Of a stretch of 64,000 nucleotides of DNA, positions 1 through 9,776 are shown one piece after another. This DNA comes from Phycisphaerae bacterium (GTDB taxonomy: Bacteria; Planctomycetota; Phycisphaerae; UBA1845), in NCBI GenBank assembly GCA_963666835.2, contig CAXXGO010000007.1, forward strand, positions 40,511-104,510. Reading direction: 5' to 3'. A model generated the notes under the pieces. That model had not been told where the DNA came from and made no database searches. It saw nothing but the letters and a program-made list of their open reading frames with translations. The translations under genes and the position numbers were made by a program. Within the stretch, counting starts at the first letter, position 1; every line of letters starts with the position of its first letter.

Positions 1-689
1 GGCGTCATGCCGCAGATGTGGTTGGCCACGTACCGGGCGGGACGGTTGAAGTCTATCAACCCGTCGGACTTCTTCAGTTTCGGGGCTCGCGTCGCCTCGG
101 CCTCATTCTGCGGGGTGCCCTCCGGGATGGCGTCTCCGGCAAACAGCTCGATGGTCGCCCTGACGGCGTCGACCCCGACCCCGGCCAGCCGGTCGTGAAG
201 CTCTTCCGCGGTTTCCTCCGGCTTCAGGGCCGTCCAACGTGAGGCGAGAATCGGTCCGGCGTCCATCCGCTCGACAATGCGAAAGACGGTGCAGCCGGAA
301 CGCTCCTCCCCGTGGACAATCGCCCAGTTGATCGGGGCCGCCCCGCGATACTTGGGCAGCAGGGACGCGTGCAGATTGACGAAGCCGCCGGGTGCGCTGG
401 CCATCAGTTCCGGCCCGAGCTTCTGACCGAAGTCTATCACCAACCCGAGCCGGGCATCGAGACTGCGGATCCGGTCGACGGTATCCGGGTCGTTGACGTC
501 CGGGGCTTCGAGCGTCTCCAAACCCAGCTCATCTGCAAGAGCTCGAACCGGGGTCCGGGCAGTGTGGCGTCCGCGACCGCTGGGGCGGGCGGGCTGGGTG
601 ATAACCAGCGGTACTTCGTGTTCGCTCTGGGCCAGCCACCGCAAGGTGGGGCGGGCAAACGCCCCGGATGCCACAAAGACGATACGCAT
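1..689 (-). CDS. fmt: Methionyl-tRNA formyltransferase (partial, runs off window)
   Basis: Manual translation from ATG at 689: MRIVFVASGAFA...VITQPARPSGRG...NLHASLLPKYRGAAPINWAI...MDAGPIL; directly downstream of def; absent from ORF track because no stop lies in the window. Confidence 0.95.
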   Translation of the reverse strand, partial: MRIVFVASGAFARPTLRWLAQSEHEVPLVITQPARPSGRGRHTARTPVRALADELGLETLEAPDVNDPDTVDRIRSLDARLGLVIDFGQKLGPELMASAPGGFVNLHASLLPKYRGAAPINWAIVHGEERSGCTVFRIVERMDAGPILASRWTALKPEETAEELHDRLAGVGVDAVRATIELFAGDAIPEGTPQNEAEATRAPKLKKSDGLIDFNRPARYVANHICGMT

Positions 690-702
690 GGGATTCCCCC
701 AC

Positions 703-1251
703 TCACTTCTTGGTTCGCTGCCGCTGGGCGTACTCTTGTTTGAGCTGCTTGAGGGCCCGGCGGTTGGCGATCTCGTCGGTCGCGGACATGGCATCCGCCA
801 CCAATCGGCCGACCAGGTGATCGCACTCGTGCTGCCACACCCTGGCGAGCAAGTCCGTTCCGACCATCCGAACCGGCTGACCGTCGAGGTCAGCGGCATC
901 TATCACCACATGGGAGGCCCGGCGCTTCGTAACCGTCACGCCGGGAAACGACAGACAGCCCTCCTCCGCCTCAACGGCCCCCGTCAGCTCCGATAAACGT
1001 GGATTGACGAAGATCTGCCGGTCTTGCGGCTCTCCGGTTATGTTGCAGATGAACAACTGCACGGGCCAGGCAACCTGAGGGGCGGCCAGCCCGATCCCTC
1101 TACCATCGCGCATGACTTCGAACATGCGCTCCACCACGATCTTGAGCTGGTCGCTGAACTCCTCTACAGGAGCGCAGACTTCGCGCAAGATCGGATCCGG
1201 GTAATGGATTATGCGAAGCTCGGCTGGGTTGGGTATTGGCATGGATGACAC
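703..1251 (-). CDS. def: Peptide deformylase
   Basis: GIGLAAPQV, EGCLS and QHECDHL motifs; start may be 1242. Confidence 0.96.
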   Translation of the reverse strand: MSSMPIPNPAELRIIHYPDPILREVCAPVEEFSDQLKIVVERMFEVMRDGRGIGLAAPQVAWPVQLFICNITGEPQDRQIFVNPRLSELTGAVEAEEGCLSFPGVTVTKRRASHVVIDAADLDGQPVRMVGTDLLARVWQHECDHLVGRLVADAMSATDEIANRRALKQLKQEYAQRQRTKK

Positions 1252-1293
1252 TTTCTGACAATCGAGATCGGCTCGCGCGGCTCCTCACGGATC

Positions 1294-1322
1294 TTGACAC
1301 TAGCCGTACCCAAGAATACTAT
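1294..1322 (+). promoter_or_regulatory. Sigma70-type promoter upstream of the TPR gene and rpsT
   Basis: TTGACA (1294-1299), 17-nt spacer, TACTAT (1317-1322). Confidence 0.7.
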
Positions 1323-1487
1323 CTGTGGTCTTTCGTTTGTAAAGGTATACTATCTACCTGTGTTGTATTTCATGGCTTGCGTGGTGTGCCGAGAACCCAG
1401 TTTCGCCGGCGTCGATGCCTGAACCGGCGATGATACCGGCAGGTCTCGTAGCCTCTCCGTCGTTTTAACAGAAAGTTACCAAGGCCC

Positions 1488-2948
1488 ATGGCGAAGAACA
1501 AGAACGGTGATTCGGAACCACCGGCCGACCCGAATGCCCGCTTGGTAACCAGCAAAGAAGACAAGCTCAAGGCCAAGAAGTGGTTCGACCGCGCCCGCGA
1601 GCTGGGCGACAAGCGGCAGTTCGACTACGCCATCGAGTATTACGTAAACGGCTTGGAATACTGGCCCAACGCGGTAGAGGAGGCCTGCAAGCCTCTTCAC
1701 GGTTGCGCGGTCGCCCGCAGGCAGACCGGCGGCAAGAAACCCGGCATCCGCGACAGTATGAAGCACTCCATGAACGACAAGGACCCCAAGAAGGCGTTCC
1801 TGAACGCCGCTTGGCTGTTCGGTCATGATCCCGATAACGCCGACTACCTCGAAGGGATGGCCAAGACGGCTAATCGGCTCCGGGCGGAGGATGCAGCCTT
1901 ATGGGCGTGCGGCCTGTGCCGTAAGACCTTGGAAGGGTCCGCCAAGACCAACGCCAAGCAGTATTTGGCGCTGGCCGGGTTGTTCGAGGAAATCGGGGAG
2001 CGAGCCGCCGCTCGCGACGACGCGGCGCTTGGCGTCGAGGCTTTCAATTCGGGAGTTCAGTTACTCCACACCCTGCGAGCCCGGGTTTCTAAGGACCGAA
2101 CCGTCGAAAACAGTCTGCGCGACCTATCCACCAAGCTGACCATCCTGAAAGGCAAATACCAGGAGGGCGAGTCCTTCCGGGATAGTATCCAGGACAAAGA
2201 AACTCAGAGGGTGTTGCACGATGAAGAGCGCACCATGCAGGCGGACGAGCGGGTCGAACAGCTCATCGCCCAGGCGGATCAGGCGTTTCGGGAGGCGCCG
2301 GACGACGCTCGTACCCTCAGCCGCCTCGTGGATTTGCTGTGCCGCCGGGAGAACGAAGAAGATGAGCTGCGCGCCATCGGCCTGCTCGTCGCCCAGTTTA
2401 AGCGGACCTCAGACTACCGCCACAAACACAATGCTGACGACATCCGCATGAAACAGCTCGGCCGAAAGGTCCGCCAGGCTACCAAGGCCGGCGACGAGGC
2501 CGCCGCCAAAGAGGCCCAGGTCGCAAGCCTTCGCTTCGATTTGGGCGTGTTCAAAGAACGGGTGGAGAGATACCCGACGGACAACCGGGTGAAGTTCGAA
2601 TACGGGGTCCGGCTGTTCAAGGCCGGGAGATTCGACGACGCCATCCCCGCCTTTCAGGCTGCCCGCACCGATCCCAAGAACCGCAGTGCATGTGGCCTGT
2701 ATCTGGGGCGCTGCTTCTTCCGCAAAGGTTACTTCACCCAGGCGATAACCGCTCTGAAGTCGGAAATAGAAGCCCACGAGCACTCGGATGACGATCTGGC
2801 TAAAGGCCTGCTTTACTGGCTAGGGAGGAGCTACGAGGCCGCGAAGGACGCAAAGAAGGCCGAACAGGTTTATGGAGAGATTCTCCAACTGGACTACAAC
2901 TATAAGGACGTCCGTGCTAGAATGGACGGTCTGTCGTCGGCCGATTAG
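1488..2948 (+). CDS. Tetratricopeptide-repeat protein
   Basis: 486-aa helical ORF with TPR-like C-terminal repeats (YGVRLFKAGRFDDAI, YWLGRSYEA, YNYKDVRARM). Confidence 0.85.
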   Translation: MAKNKNGDSEPPADPNARLVTSKEDKLKAKKWFDRARELGDKRQFDYAIEYYVNGLEYWPNAVEEACKPLHGCAVARRQTGGKKPGIRDSMKHSMNDKDPKKAFLNAAWLFGHDPDNADYLEGMAKTANRLRAEDAALWACGLCRKTLEGSAKTNAKQYLALAGLFEEIGERAAARDDAALGVEAFNSGVQLLHTLRARVSKDRTVENSLRDLSTKLTILKGKYQEGESFRDSIQDKETQRVLHDEERTMQADERVEQLIAQADQAFREAPDDARTLSRLVDLLCRRENEEDELRAIGLLVAQFKRTSDYRHKHNADDIRMKQLGRKVRQATKAGDEAAAKEAQVASLRFDLGVFKERVERYPTDNRVKFEYGVRLFKAGRFDDAIPAFQAARTDPKNRSACGLYLGRCFFRKGYFTQAITALKSEIEAHEHSDDDLAKGLLYWLGRSYEAAKDAKKAEQVYGEILQLDYNYKDVRARMDGLSSAD

Positions 2949-2993
2949 TGAGATAACGGACGGCAGGGAAGGCTTACTGACGGAGAAGAGACT

Positions 2994-3272
2994 GTGGCGA
3001 ATTTGCCTTCGGCCAAGAAGCGCAACAAGCAGAACGAACGTAACCGTATTCGCAATCGTGCCCGCAAGTCGGTGATAAAGACCGAAACGCGTAAGCTCTT
3101 GGATGCGATTCATGAGGGTGACGTTGACGCGGCACAAAGTGCGTTCGTTAAAGTGACGAAGAAGATCGACCAGGTAGCCGCGCATGGCACTCTGCACAAG
3201 AATACCGCTGCCCGCAAGAAATCGCGGCTGGCGCGCCGGCTGAACGCGGCTCTGGCCGCAAAGAAAGCCTGA
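2994..3272 (+). CDS. rpsT: 30S ribosomal protein S20
   Basis: MANLPSAKKRNKQNE...LHKNTAARKKSRL; GTG start. Confidence 0.97.
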   Translation: MANLPSAKKRNKQNERNRIRNRARKSVIKTETRKLLDAIHEGDVDAAQSAFVKVTKKIDQVAAHGTLHKNTAARKKSRLARRLNAALAAKKA

Positions 3273-3362
3273 CCAGCGGGCGGGGGGTAGCCCCGCGCTC
3301 GTTTACGTAGAACACCCACGGGTGCTGCGGTCTGCGGCGCCCGTGTTTTTCTGCGCTAAGTT

Positions 3363-3959
3363 ATGACCGCACCGCAATCCGAAGAATACGTCTCGCGTGG
3401 CGGTGACAAGCTCGCGGCGGCGCTCGATCGTTTCGAGATCGAAGTTGATGGACTGGTTTGCGCCGACCTGGGGAGCCACGTCGGGGGCTTCGTGGATTGC
3501 CTGTTGCGCCGGGGCGCTCGGCGGGCGTATTCGGTGGACACTTCGTACGGTACCCTTGCGTGGAAACTCCGACGCGACCCCAGGGTCGTGGTCATCGAGC
3601 GGAAGAACGCCATGCACGTCGAACTGCCGGAGCTTTGCGAACTTGTCACCGTCGATGTGGGATGGACGCCGCAAGCAAAGATTCTGCCGAACGTAGCCCG
3701 GATGCTGCAAGCGACAGGACGGGTCGTTACCTTGGTTAAGCCCCACTACGAGGCACCGCGCAAGTGGTTGGAAGGCGGTGTGCTTCCCGACGCCAGGGTT
3801 GACGGCGTAGTCGGCAATGTGCTCGAGCAAGCCGCGGCCACGGGGTGGGAAGTGCTCGGCACCGTCCCCAGCCCAATACGAGGCCAGGGCGGAAACCAGG
3901 AGTTTCTCGCCCTGCTTACCCGCGCATGTGTAGCGCAAGCATCCTGCGTGCCAAGATGA
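3363..3959 (+). CDS. tlyA: TlyA-family rRNA 2'-O-methyltransferase lacking the N-terminal S4 domain
   Basis: YVSRGGDKL, DLGSHVGGF, LVKPHYE and SPIRGQGGNQEFL motifs. Confidence 0.85.
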   Translation: MTAPQSEEYVSRGGDKLAAALDRFEIEVDGLVCADLGSHVGGFVDCLLRRGARRAYSVDTSYGTLAWKLRRDPRVVVIERKNAMHVELPELCELVTVDVGWTPQAKILPNVARMLQATGRVVTLVKPHYEAPRKWLEGGVLPDARVDGVVGNVLEQAAATGWEVLGTVPSPIRGQGGNQEFLALLTRACVAQASCVPR

Positions 3960-3980
3960 TATGCAACTCAGTCGGCATGG

Positions 3981-4010
3981 GTAGGGCACGGTCGAGGTAC
4001 GAGACCTGCC
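3981..4010 (+). repeat. GTAG-type REP, family A (GTAGGGCA(C)GGTCGAGGYACGAGACCTGCC); representative copy
   Basis: Further copies at ~7094-7123(-), 13320-13348(-), 13440-13469(-), 22144-22650, 45104-45133, 53227-53255, ~53471-53497 and 55528-55742. Confidence 0.85.
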
Positions 4011-4074
4011 GCAAAGGAGCGCGTCATGCGAAAGCTGATTGCGGGATGGGGGTGCCCATCGGGTCCCGATCCGT

Positions 4075-6001
4075 GTCGGAGTAGGAATCCCGGTTACCCG
4101 GGACCCCCTCCACAGATCCCAGCGTGCGGGACTACCGCACTGGGCTCCTGCCTTGGGTCATAACGGCCAGGTGTCGGTCGGGGTAAGGATGTAGGATTTT
4201 GGGAGCAGGTATCCACTGCTTGGCCAAACGGTTCATGCGGGCCCAGGTAATCCGAGTCTTCTCGCTGCGACGCCGGAGCGTCCAGCGCCAAAGACGGACA
4301 ACCTCATCCCGAAATGCCGTTAAGGCCGGGTAGTTCCGCGGTACCGCATAATACTGATAGTACCCGCGAACCACCGCCCGCAAATACGCGCCCACCTCTC
4401 GGACGGGGGCATGCATACGTCGCCGAAGCTCTTGCTTAATCGCTTTGAGCTTCGCACGCCGTCGTTTCGCGACAGTCTGCCGTAGTACCGTGAACCTCCC
4501 ACGCCGGGTCTTGCCACAGATGTGGCGAAAACCCAGAAACTCGAAGGTCGCCGGTTTGCCGCGGCCTTCTCGCTTGCGATTGGTCGACGCAAAACGGCCG
4601 AACTCAATCAGACGAGTCTTGTCCGCATGTAGCTCCAGCTTGAACTTCCGGAGGCGATCCGTCAGCTCATCCCGAAACCGCTCGGCATCCTCTCGCTGTT
4701 GAAATCCCACCACGAAGTCGTCCGCATATCTCACGATAATCACATCTCCGTGAGCTTGCGTCCGTCGCCATTGGCGGGCCCACAAGTCGAAGGCGTAATG
4801 GAGATAGATGTTCGCCAATAGCGGGCTGATACTGCCCCCCTGCGGCGTCCCCGTCTCCGTGTCCCTTCGACACCCGTCCTCCAGCACGCCGGCGTTCAGC
4901 CACTTCTTCACGTGACGCACGACACGCTGGTCTGCGATCCGGTGCTCGACGAACTTGATCAGCCAATCGTGGTCTATGGCATCGAAGAATCCACGAATGT
5001 CTGCATCCAGCACCCAATTCACCTTCTTCCTCTCGATGCCGACAGTCAGGGCACTTAACGCCTGATGGGCGTCCCGTCCTGGTCGAAATCCGTAGGAGAA
5101 CCCGAGGAAGTCTGCCTCGTAGACAGCCGAGAGCACATCGGTCATCGCCCGTTGGACGATCTTGTCTTCCAACACGGGAATCCCTATTGGTCTCTGCCGT
5201 CCATCGGGTTTCGGAATGTAGACCCGCTTGACCGGCCTCGCTCGGTACGCTCCGCGCTGTAGACGTGCCGACAGATCCAAGAGGTGTTCTTCTAGGTCCC
5301 TGCCGTACGCCTCCCATGTCATGCCGTCCATCCCCGGTGCCGAAGCATGCTTGAGGCTCAAGTACGCCTCCCGGAGGCGAGCGACATCATAGACATGGTG
5401 CCAAAGCGTGGTGAACTGTAAATCCTTATCCTTTACCGCTGCCTGTCGTACCCGATCCAACCCGCTTTGCAGACGATCCCGGCTCTGCGTACGGTGCCTG
5501 TTGTGTCGAATCGAGTTGCCCTTGGCCAGGCCCCTTTCCTCCAACTGCTCCGCGGACGACCTCCCCGCCGGGGGATCACCGTTGTTCGCAGTCTTCTTCG
5601 GTACTATGGGCCTGTCCGACTTCCCGCGCCCGTGCATCAGTGTCGTGCTCCTATGGATTCACACTGCGGACCTCGATGCCATGTTCGAGGCCGAACGCGG
5701 GATCTCCCGGGTTCCGCGTGAGGAGTTTCCGTGCGTGCTCGGGTTCTAAGACCGCGCGGAGTCCGAAAGGCGTCTCGCGTTAACGACGCCCTCCGGTGTT
5801 GCCTTCCGCCTTGGGGGACGGCGTCGGCACTCCGGAGTAAAAGGCTTTCACGGCTCAATGGCCGGCCCGCACGTGCCCCTGTCAACGCTCCCGCCATGCC
5901 CTTGCGGACACCACAGTATGACTCGGGGTCGGTGTGGTTCGCTATTCCTTCACCGTATGGCTCTCTCATCCACTACTCCTCACCGGCTTACCGGCGCTTT
6001 C
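4075..6001 (-). mobile_element. Full-length group II intron (IIB-like) inserted in a MITE-like repeat
   Basis: Domain V GAGCCCAGTGCGGTAGTCCCGCACGCTGGGATC; domain VI ending CCTACTCCGAC at 4075; domain I-like 5' region ~5640-6001; flanks rejoin to a repeat found intact at 12805 and 53740. Confidence 0.9.
4132..5637 (-). CDS. ltrA: Group II intron reverse transcriptase/maturase, no endonuclease domain
   Basis: GRQRPIGIP, SYGFRPGR, GTPQGGSISPLLANIYL and VRYADD motifs; stop codon lies within domain V. Confidence 0.95.
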   Translation of the reverse strand: MHGRGKSDRPIVPKKTANNGDPPAGRSSAEQLEERGLAKGNSIRHNRHRTQSRDRLQSGLDRVRQAAVKDKDLQFTTLWHHVYDVARLREAYLSLKHASAPGMDGMTWEAYGRDLEEHLLDLSARLQRGAYRARPVKRVYIPKPDGRQRPIGIPVLEDKIVQRAMTDVLSAVYEADFLGFSYGFRPGRDAHQALSALTVGIERKKVNWVLDADIRGFFDAIDHDWLIKFVEHRIADQRVVRHVKKWLNAGVLEDGCRRDTETGTPQGGSISPLLANIYLHYAFDLWARQWRRTQAHGDVIIVRYADDFVVGFQQREDAERFRDELTDRLRKFKLELHADKTRLIEFGRFASTNRKREGRGKPATFEFLGFRHICGKTRRGRFTVLRQTVAKRRRAKLKAIKQELRRRMHAPVREVGAYLRAVVRGYYQYYAVPRNYPALTAFRDEVVRLWRWTLRRRSEKTRITWARMNRLAKQWIPAPKILHPYPDRHLAVMTQGRSPVR

Positions 6002-6111
6002 CCCCCACCCATTCCGGCGGGGAGCCGGCGTTACTGTCCCAGCTTGGCAAATGCCGGAATGGATGGGGCACCCGCGCCGACCAAGGGGTAAGACCAAACG
6101 GTTGTCCGCAA

Positions 6112-6345
6112 CTATGTGACCGTCAGAAGGACCAGCGCGGCCACCAGCAACAGAACGACCACGGCCGCGATCCACCGTTTCGACGAACCGCCCGGATCCA
6201 CCGGGATGATCCAGTCGCCGCAGTGTGGACATTGCTGCGTATCTTCGTGAACCAGATTCTTGCAGGCGGGGCAGGCCAGGTAGACGTCGTCCTCGTCGCC
6301 TTCGTCCTCGACCCACTCCTCGTCCGGGAGGTCGTCGTAATCCAT
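6112..6345 (-). CDS. Small zinc-ribbon membrane protein
   Basis: Acidic N-terminus, CPAC...CPHC, C-terminal hydrophobic helix. Confidence 0.75.
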   Translation of the reverse strand: MDYDDLPDEEWVEDEGDEDDVYLACPACKNLVHEDTQQCPHCGDWIIPVDPGGSSKRWIAAVVVLLLVAALVLLTVT

Positions 6346-6387
6346 GACAGAGACTCCGGCAGTTCCGCGCCGCCGACGCGGACCGCG

Positions 6388-6984
6388 TCAATCGTTCGGG
6401 GGAGGGGTGGCCTTGACGACCTTGATCATGTTCTTGAACTCCGGAGTGTCACACCGGTTGCACAGCTCGAACAGAACGCTCTCCACGGTGGTGATGAACG
6501 CCCCCTCCTGCCGCATCCGCTCGAGCGCGTTCTCGTAATCCAACCGCCCGCGCGAACCGACTGCATCGGCGCAGACGAAAACGTCGTAATCCATCGCCCG
6601 CAGATCGAGGGTGGTCTGCTGCACGCAGACGTGAGCTTCGATCCCGATCACAATCGCCTGCGGCCGGTCGAGTTTCTGCAACGCTTCCCGGACCGGTGGC
6701 TCACCGCACGAGCTGAAGGTCATCTTCTCGATCACCGTGGCGTCCGCGGCCTGCAAACACTGCTGAATGTCCGGCTGCGTCGCACCGATGCCCTTCGGGT
6801 ACTGCTCCGTAGCCAACACCGGCATCGAAAAGCAGCGCAGGCCGTCCAGCAGCTTCCGCGCGGCCGCCACGACCCGGTCCTGATGGCCGATACTCGGCAA
6901 CAACTTCTCCTGAATATCGATTACGAATGCAAACGCCCGCTCGACGTCAAGCTGATTAGCACGCATCATGGTTAGTAGCTCCAT
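6388..6984 (-). CDS. Isochorismatase-family cysteine hydrolase
   Basis: IDIQEKL, TEQYPKGIG, EKMTFS and GIEAHVCVQQT motifs. Confidence 0.92.
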   Translation of the reverse strand: MELLTMMRANQLDVERAFAFVIDIQEKLLPSIGHQDRVVAAARKLLDGLRCFSMPVLATEQYPKGIGATQPDIQQCLQAADATVIEKMTFSSCGEPPVREALQKLDRPQAIVIGIEAHVCVQQTTLDLRAMDYDVFVCADAVGSRGRLDYENALERMRQEGAFITTVESVLFELCNRCDTPEFKNMIKVVKATPPPND

Positions 6985-7339
6985 CTCGCCGACCGGAGTC
7001 TACGAACGCCCCGCCTGTCCGTCAACGCACGCTATGTAGGTATGGTCGACGTACCAGACCTACTGCGTTCTTTGCGCGACGCGCCAGGATGGCGGCAGGT
7101 CTCGTGCCTCGACCGTGCCCTACCCGCGCGGACAGCGATGTCTGTCGCGTTGTAGGTAAGATGCCTGCGCTACATGCGCCGGCGCTGTTTGTCGCGCTGC
7201 AGGCAGGATGCCTACGCTACGCATTTCGACGCTGCCCTGCACGCGCCTGCGCTGCCCCGCAGTCTTCCGCAGTTGACCCATGACACCAAGTTGGCACCTC
7301 CCGCCGGGCATGGTTCGGCGTGCTTTGGTTTTCTGTTTC

Positions 7340-8038
7340 TTACGAGCCTATTTCGGTCAGCTCCACGGTGAAGTCCACGTCGGAGCTGAAGAGCTCCTCG
7401 TCCTCGTGCATATCCTCGACCCAGATGTAGGCCCCTTCGCAGATCGTGTCGGTTCCCGGCGGCATGGTCATTCCCCCGCCGAATATAGCAGCGAAGGTAT
7501 TGAGGGTGCCGTCGGCTCCGGGGAGCGTCAAGTCGTCAGCAACCACGGTCGTCGTGTAAGTCTCGGTCTGTTCTTCGGTAATCGTCCCGACAAGCTGGAT
7601 GCAGTTCGGCCCGACGATCGTATCCCAATAAGCCTCCCACTCCACCTTCCCGGTCAGCACGAAGCTGGAGGGTTCCCAGAAGATCGTGGCACCGTCGGAC
7701 TCCTTCGGCGTGTAGTCGTAGGTCACCCGATAGTCGATCTCCACCGTCGTGGTCTCGCCCGGAGCCAACGTGAATGTGCCCTCCGCCTCGAGAGTACTCT
7801 CTCCGTTGTGCGTCGGCATATCCACATTACTCGTTCCGTAGTGCTCAATCCGAAAAGTCTTGGCTCCGACCGCCACGGCATTATCGTTGTTGTTCTCTCC
7901 CGTCGGGTCGTCCCCGGCCGGAGGGACCGCACATGCCCCGACCATCACGCAGACAAGACCCGCCAAGGCCACCAAACGCAGCGATGCACCCGAGAAACTA
8001 CGAAAACCAGCCTGATTCATGATTGCCCTCCCGAACAC
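7340..8038 (-). CDS. Hypothetical acidic lipoprotein
   Basis: Signal peptide with lipobox-like VGAC; beta-rich acidic mature region. Confidence 0.65.
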   Translation of the reverse strand: MFGRAIMNQAGFRSFSGASLRLVALAGLVCVMVGACAVPPAGDDPTGENNNDNAVAVGAKTFRIEHYGTSNVDMPTHNGESTLEAEGTFTLAPGETTTVEIDYRVTYDYTPKESDGATIFWEPSSFVLTGKVEWEAYWDTIVGPNCIQLVGTITEEQTETYTTTVVADDLTLPGADGTLNTFAAIFGGGMTMPPGTDTICEGAYIWVEDMHEDEELFSSDVDFTVELTEIGS

Positions 8039-8331
8039 TCAGAATGTACGCACACTCTTCAACGCCACAGACCCGCGTCTGCGGTTGCCAAACAGAGCCT
8101 CCATCGCCGGGCGGAGGCGTTAGCCTGCCATTAAAGGGATGTCTCTACCGAAAGACAGAGGTCTCGTTCGACCGCGCTTGAAGATGATACATGCACGGGG
8201 CTGCGGCGCCAAGGTGGTTTGTGATACTTGCGGCAGCTTGGGATGTGCGTTTCGATCGTCGAAAGGGCGCCGGCGCCGGGTCCGCGAAATGGGGCTCGCG
8301 GACCCGGCACTCACGGCCGGCGCGTTACGCT

Positions 8332-9183
8332 CTATTCTTCGCCGTATCCGTCGCCGGGGTGGTGCTTGCCGCGACCTTCCCGGGGCTTTCGTCCGTGCCC
8401 GTCGCGTGGGCGGTCCTTGCGCGCCTGGCGGGCTTCTTCCTTGCTCAGCACGCCGTCACCGTCGAGATCGGCCTCCGGATTCAACTCGAGGATCCTGGCG
8501 GCGCGCTTCTCGAGTTGCTCCGCGTGCAGAGCGTCGAGTTCCGCGTCAGACAGAGTGCCGTCACCATCGGTGTCAGCTTCCGGATGTCGCTCGAGCACCC
8601 GGGCACGCATCTCGTCCTTGATCGCCGCCAGTTCGGCGTCGTCGATCACCCCGTTGCCGTCGGTGTCCGCTTCGGGCATTCTCCTGGCAAGTCCGGTCAA
8701 CATCCGTTCCCGCGCCTTGGCGGCGAAGGCCTTCCATTCGTCGTTGCTCAGCACGCCGTCACCGTCCGCGTCGGCCCCGGGGAACCGTTCCAAATCGAAC
8801 TCGGCAGGTGGGGTGTCCGAAGCGAGCAACTCCAGGCGCTTCAACAGACCTCCAAGCTGCTCTCCCGGGCCTTCACCTGCACCCATGTGTTTGCCACGCA
8901 TGCCACGATGCCCTTTGCCACGAGGACCGCGCTCGGCGCGCTGGCAGCGCGGCGTCCGCTCGTCCCCGAAGTTCTCCTCCAAGAAAGTCCGGACTTCCTC
9001 ATGTGTCAGAGAACCGTCACCGTTAGCATCGATGCCATCGTCTCCGAACCGCTCGAGCAACTTAACCTGCCGAGCGGCGGGAATCGGATCGTCCGCTCCG
9101 TCGTCCGCCACCGCCGTACTCGCCGTCGTTATCGTCCAAGCCAATCCCGCTACGAGGAATCCTCTCATGTATGTTCTCATCAC
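8332..9183 (-). CDS. Secreted EF-hand-repeat protein
   Basis: Signal peptide; five DxDGDG-type loops (DANGDGSLTHEE, DADGDGVLSNDE, DTDGNGVIDDAE, DTDGDGTLSDAE, DLDGDGVLSKEE). Confidence 0.85.
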   Translation of the reverse strand: MMRTYMRGFLVAGLAWTITTASTAVADDGADDPIPAARQVKLLERFGDDGIDANGDGSLTHEEVRTFLEENFGDERTPRCQRAERGPRGKGHRGMRGKHMGAGEGPGEQLGGLLKRLELLASDTPPAEFDLERFPGADADGDGVLSNDEWKAFAAKARERMLTGLARRMPEADTDGNGVIDDAELAAIKDEMRARVLERHPEADTDGDGTLSDAELDALHAEQLEKRAARILELNPEADLDGDGVLSKEEARQARKDRPRDGHGRKPREGRGKHHPGDGYGEE

Positions 9184-9773
9184 TCTTTCTCCCTTACTGG
9201 TTGTGGTTCAATCCAATCTTTCGGGCCGCGGTGCTCTCCCGTCTTACCGCGCCCAACCCGTCCGCGGGGGCCATGGAGAGCCTTAAGACCCCCTCGCTCG
9301 GGACCGCCGTGCCGAAAAGCCCGGCGGATCATCTCATCGAAGACCTCGTGCTGCTCCGGTCTCAACAGCTTTCTGCTGTCGAGAAAATGCTGCACGATCT
9401 CATTACTCATTTGCCGGCGTAAGCGGGCGGTTTCGTCCAACTGCGCGGCAATAGCCTGGCGGTCGGGTTCGGGTGCCGTCATCAGATCCGTAAGCCTCTC
9501 CCCGGCCGCCTTGAGTTGTTGCCGCACCCCGCTGACCCGTTCGTACATTTCATTCCGACTCTGCTCCAGGAGAGCCGCCTGATCCGGGTCCAACTGAAGT
9601 TCCTTGGCAAGATCCAGCTTGCCCTGGCGACCCTCATGGCGCTTACCGAAACCGGGCAATGCACCGCGATGATAGGCCATCACTCCGAAGGTCAACCCGA
9701 CCCCGATGTTGAACGCCAGCGACACGATCAACAGCAGTGAGAGCGATCGGCGACTCCAACCTTCCCAGGCCAT
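9180..9773 (-). CDS. Spy/CpxP-like periplasmic (heavy-metal sensor family) protein
   Basis: SLAFNIG transmembrane segment; LQLDPDQ and LRPEQ LTxxQ-like motifs. Confidence 0.8.
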   Translation of the reverse strand: MAWEGWSRRSLSLLLIVSLAFNIGVGLTFGVMAYHRGALPGFGKRHEGRQGKLDLAKELQLDPDQAALLEQSRNEMYERVSGVRQQLKAAGERLTDLMTAPEPDRQAIAAQLDETARLRRQMSNEIVQHFLDSRKLLRPEQHEVFDEMIRRAFRHGGPERGGLKALHGPRGRVGRGKTGEHRGPKDWIEPQPVREKE

Positions 9774-9776
9774 CTC

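Noticed and set aside
5731..6975. Long shadow ORFs (e.g. 5731-6975 +, 8191-9582 +, 29209-30381 -, 34631-36262 -)
   Set aside because: They are antisense to well-supported genes in high-GC DNA and show no motifs.
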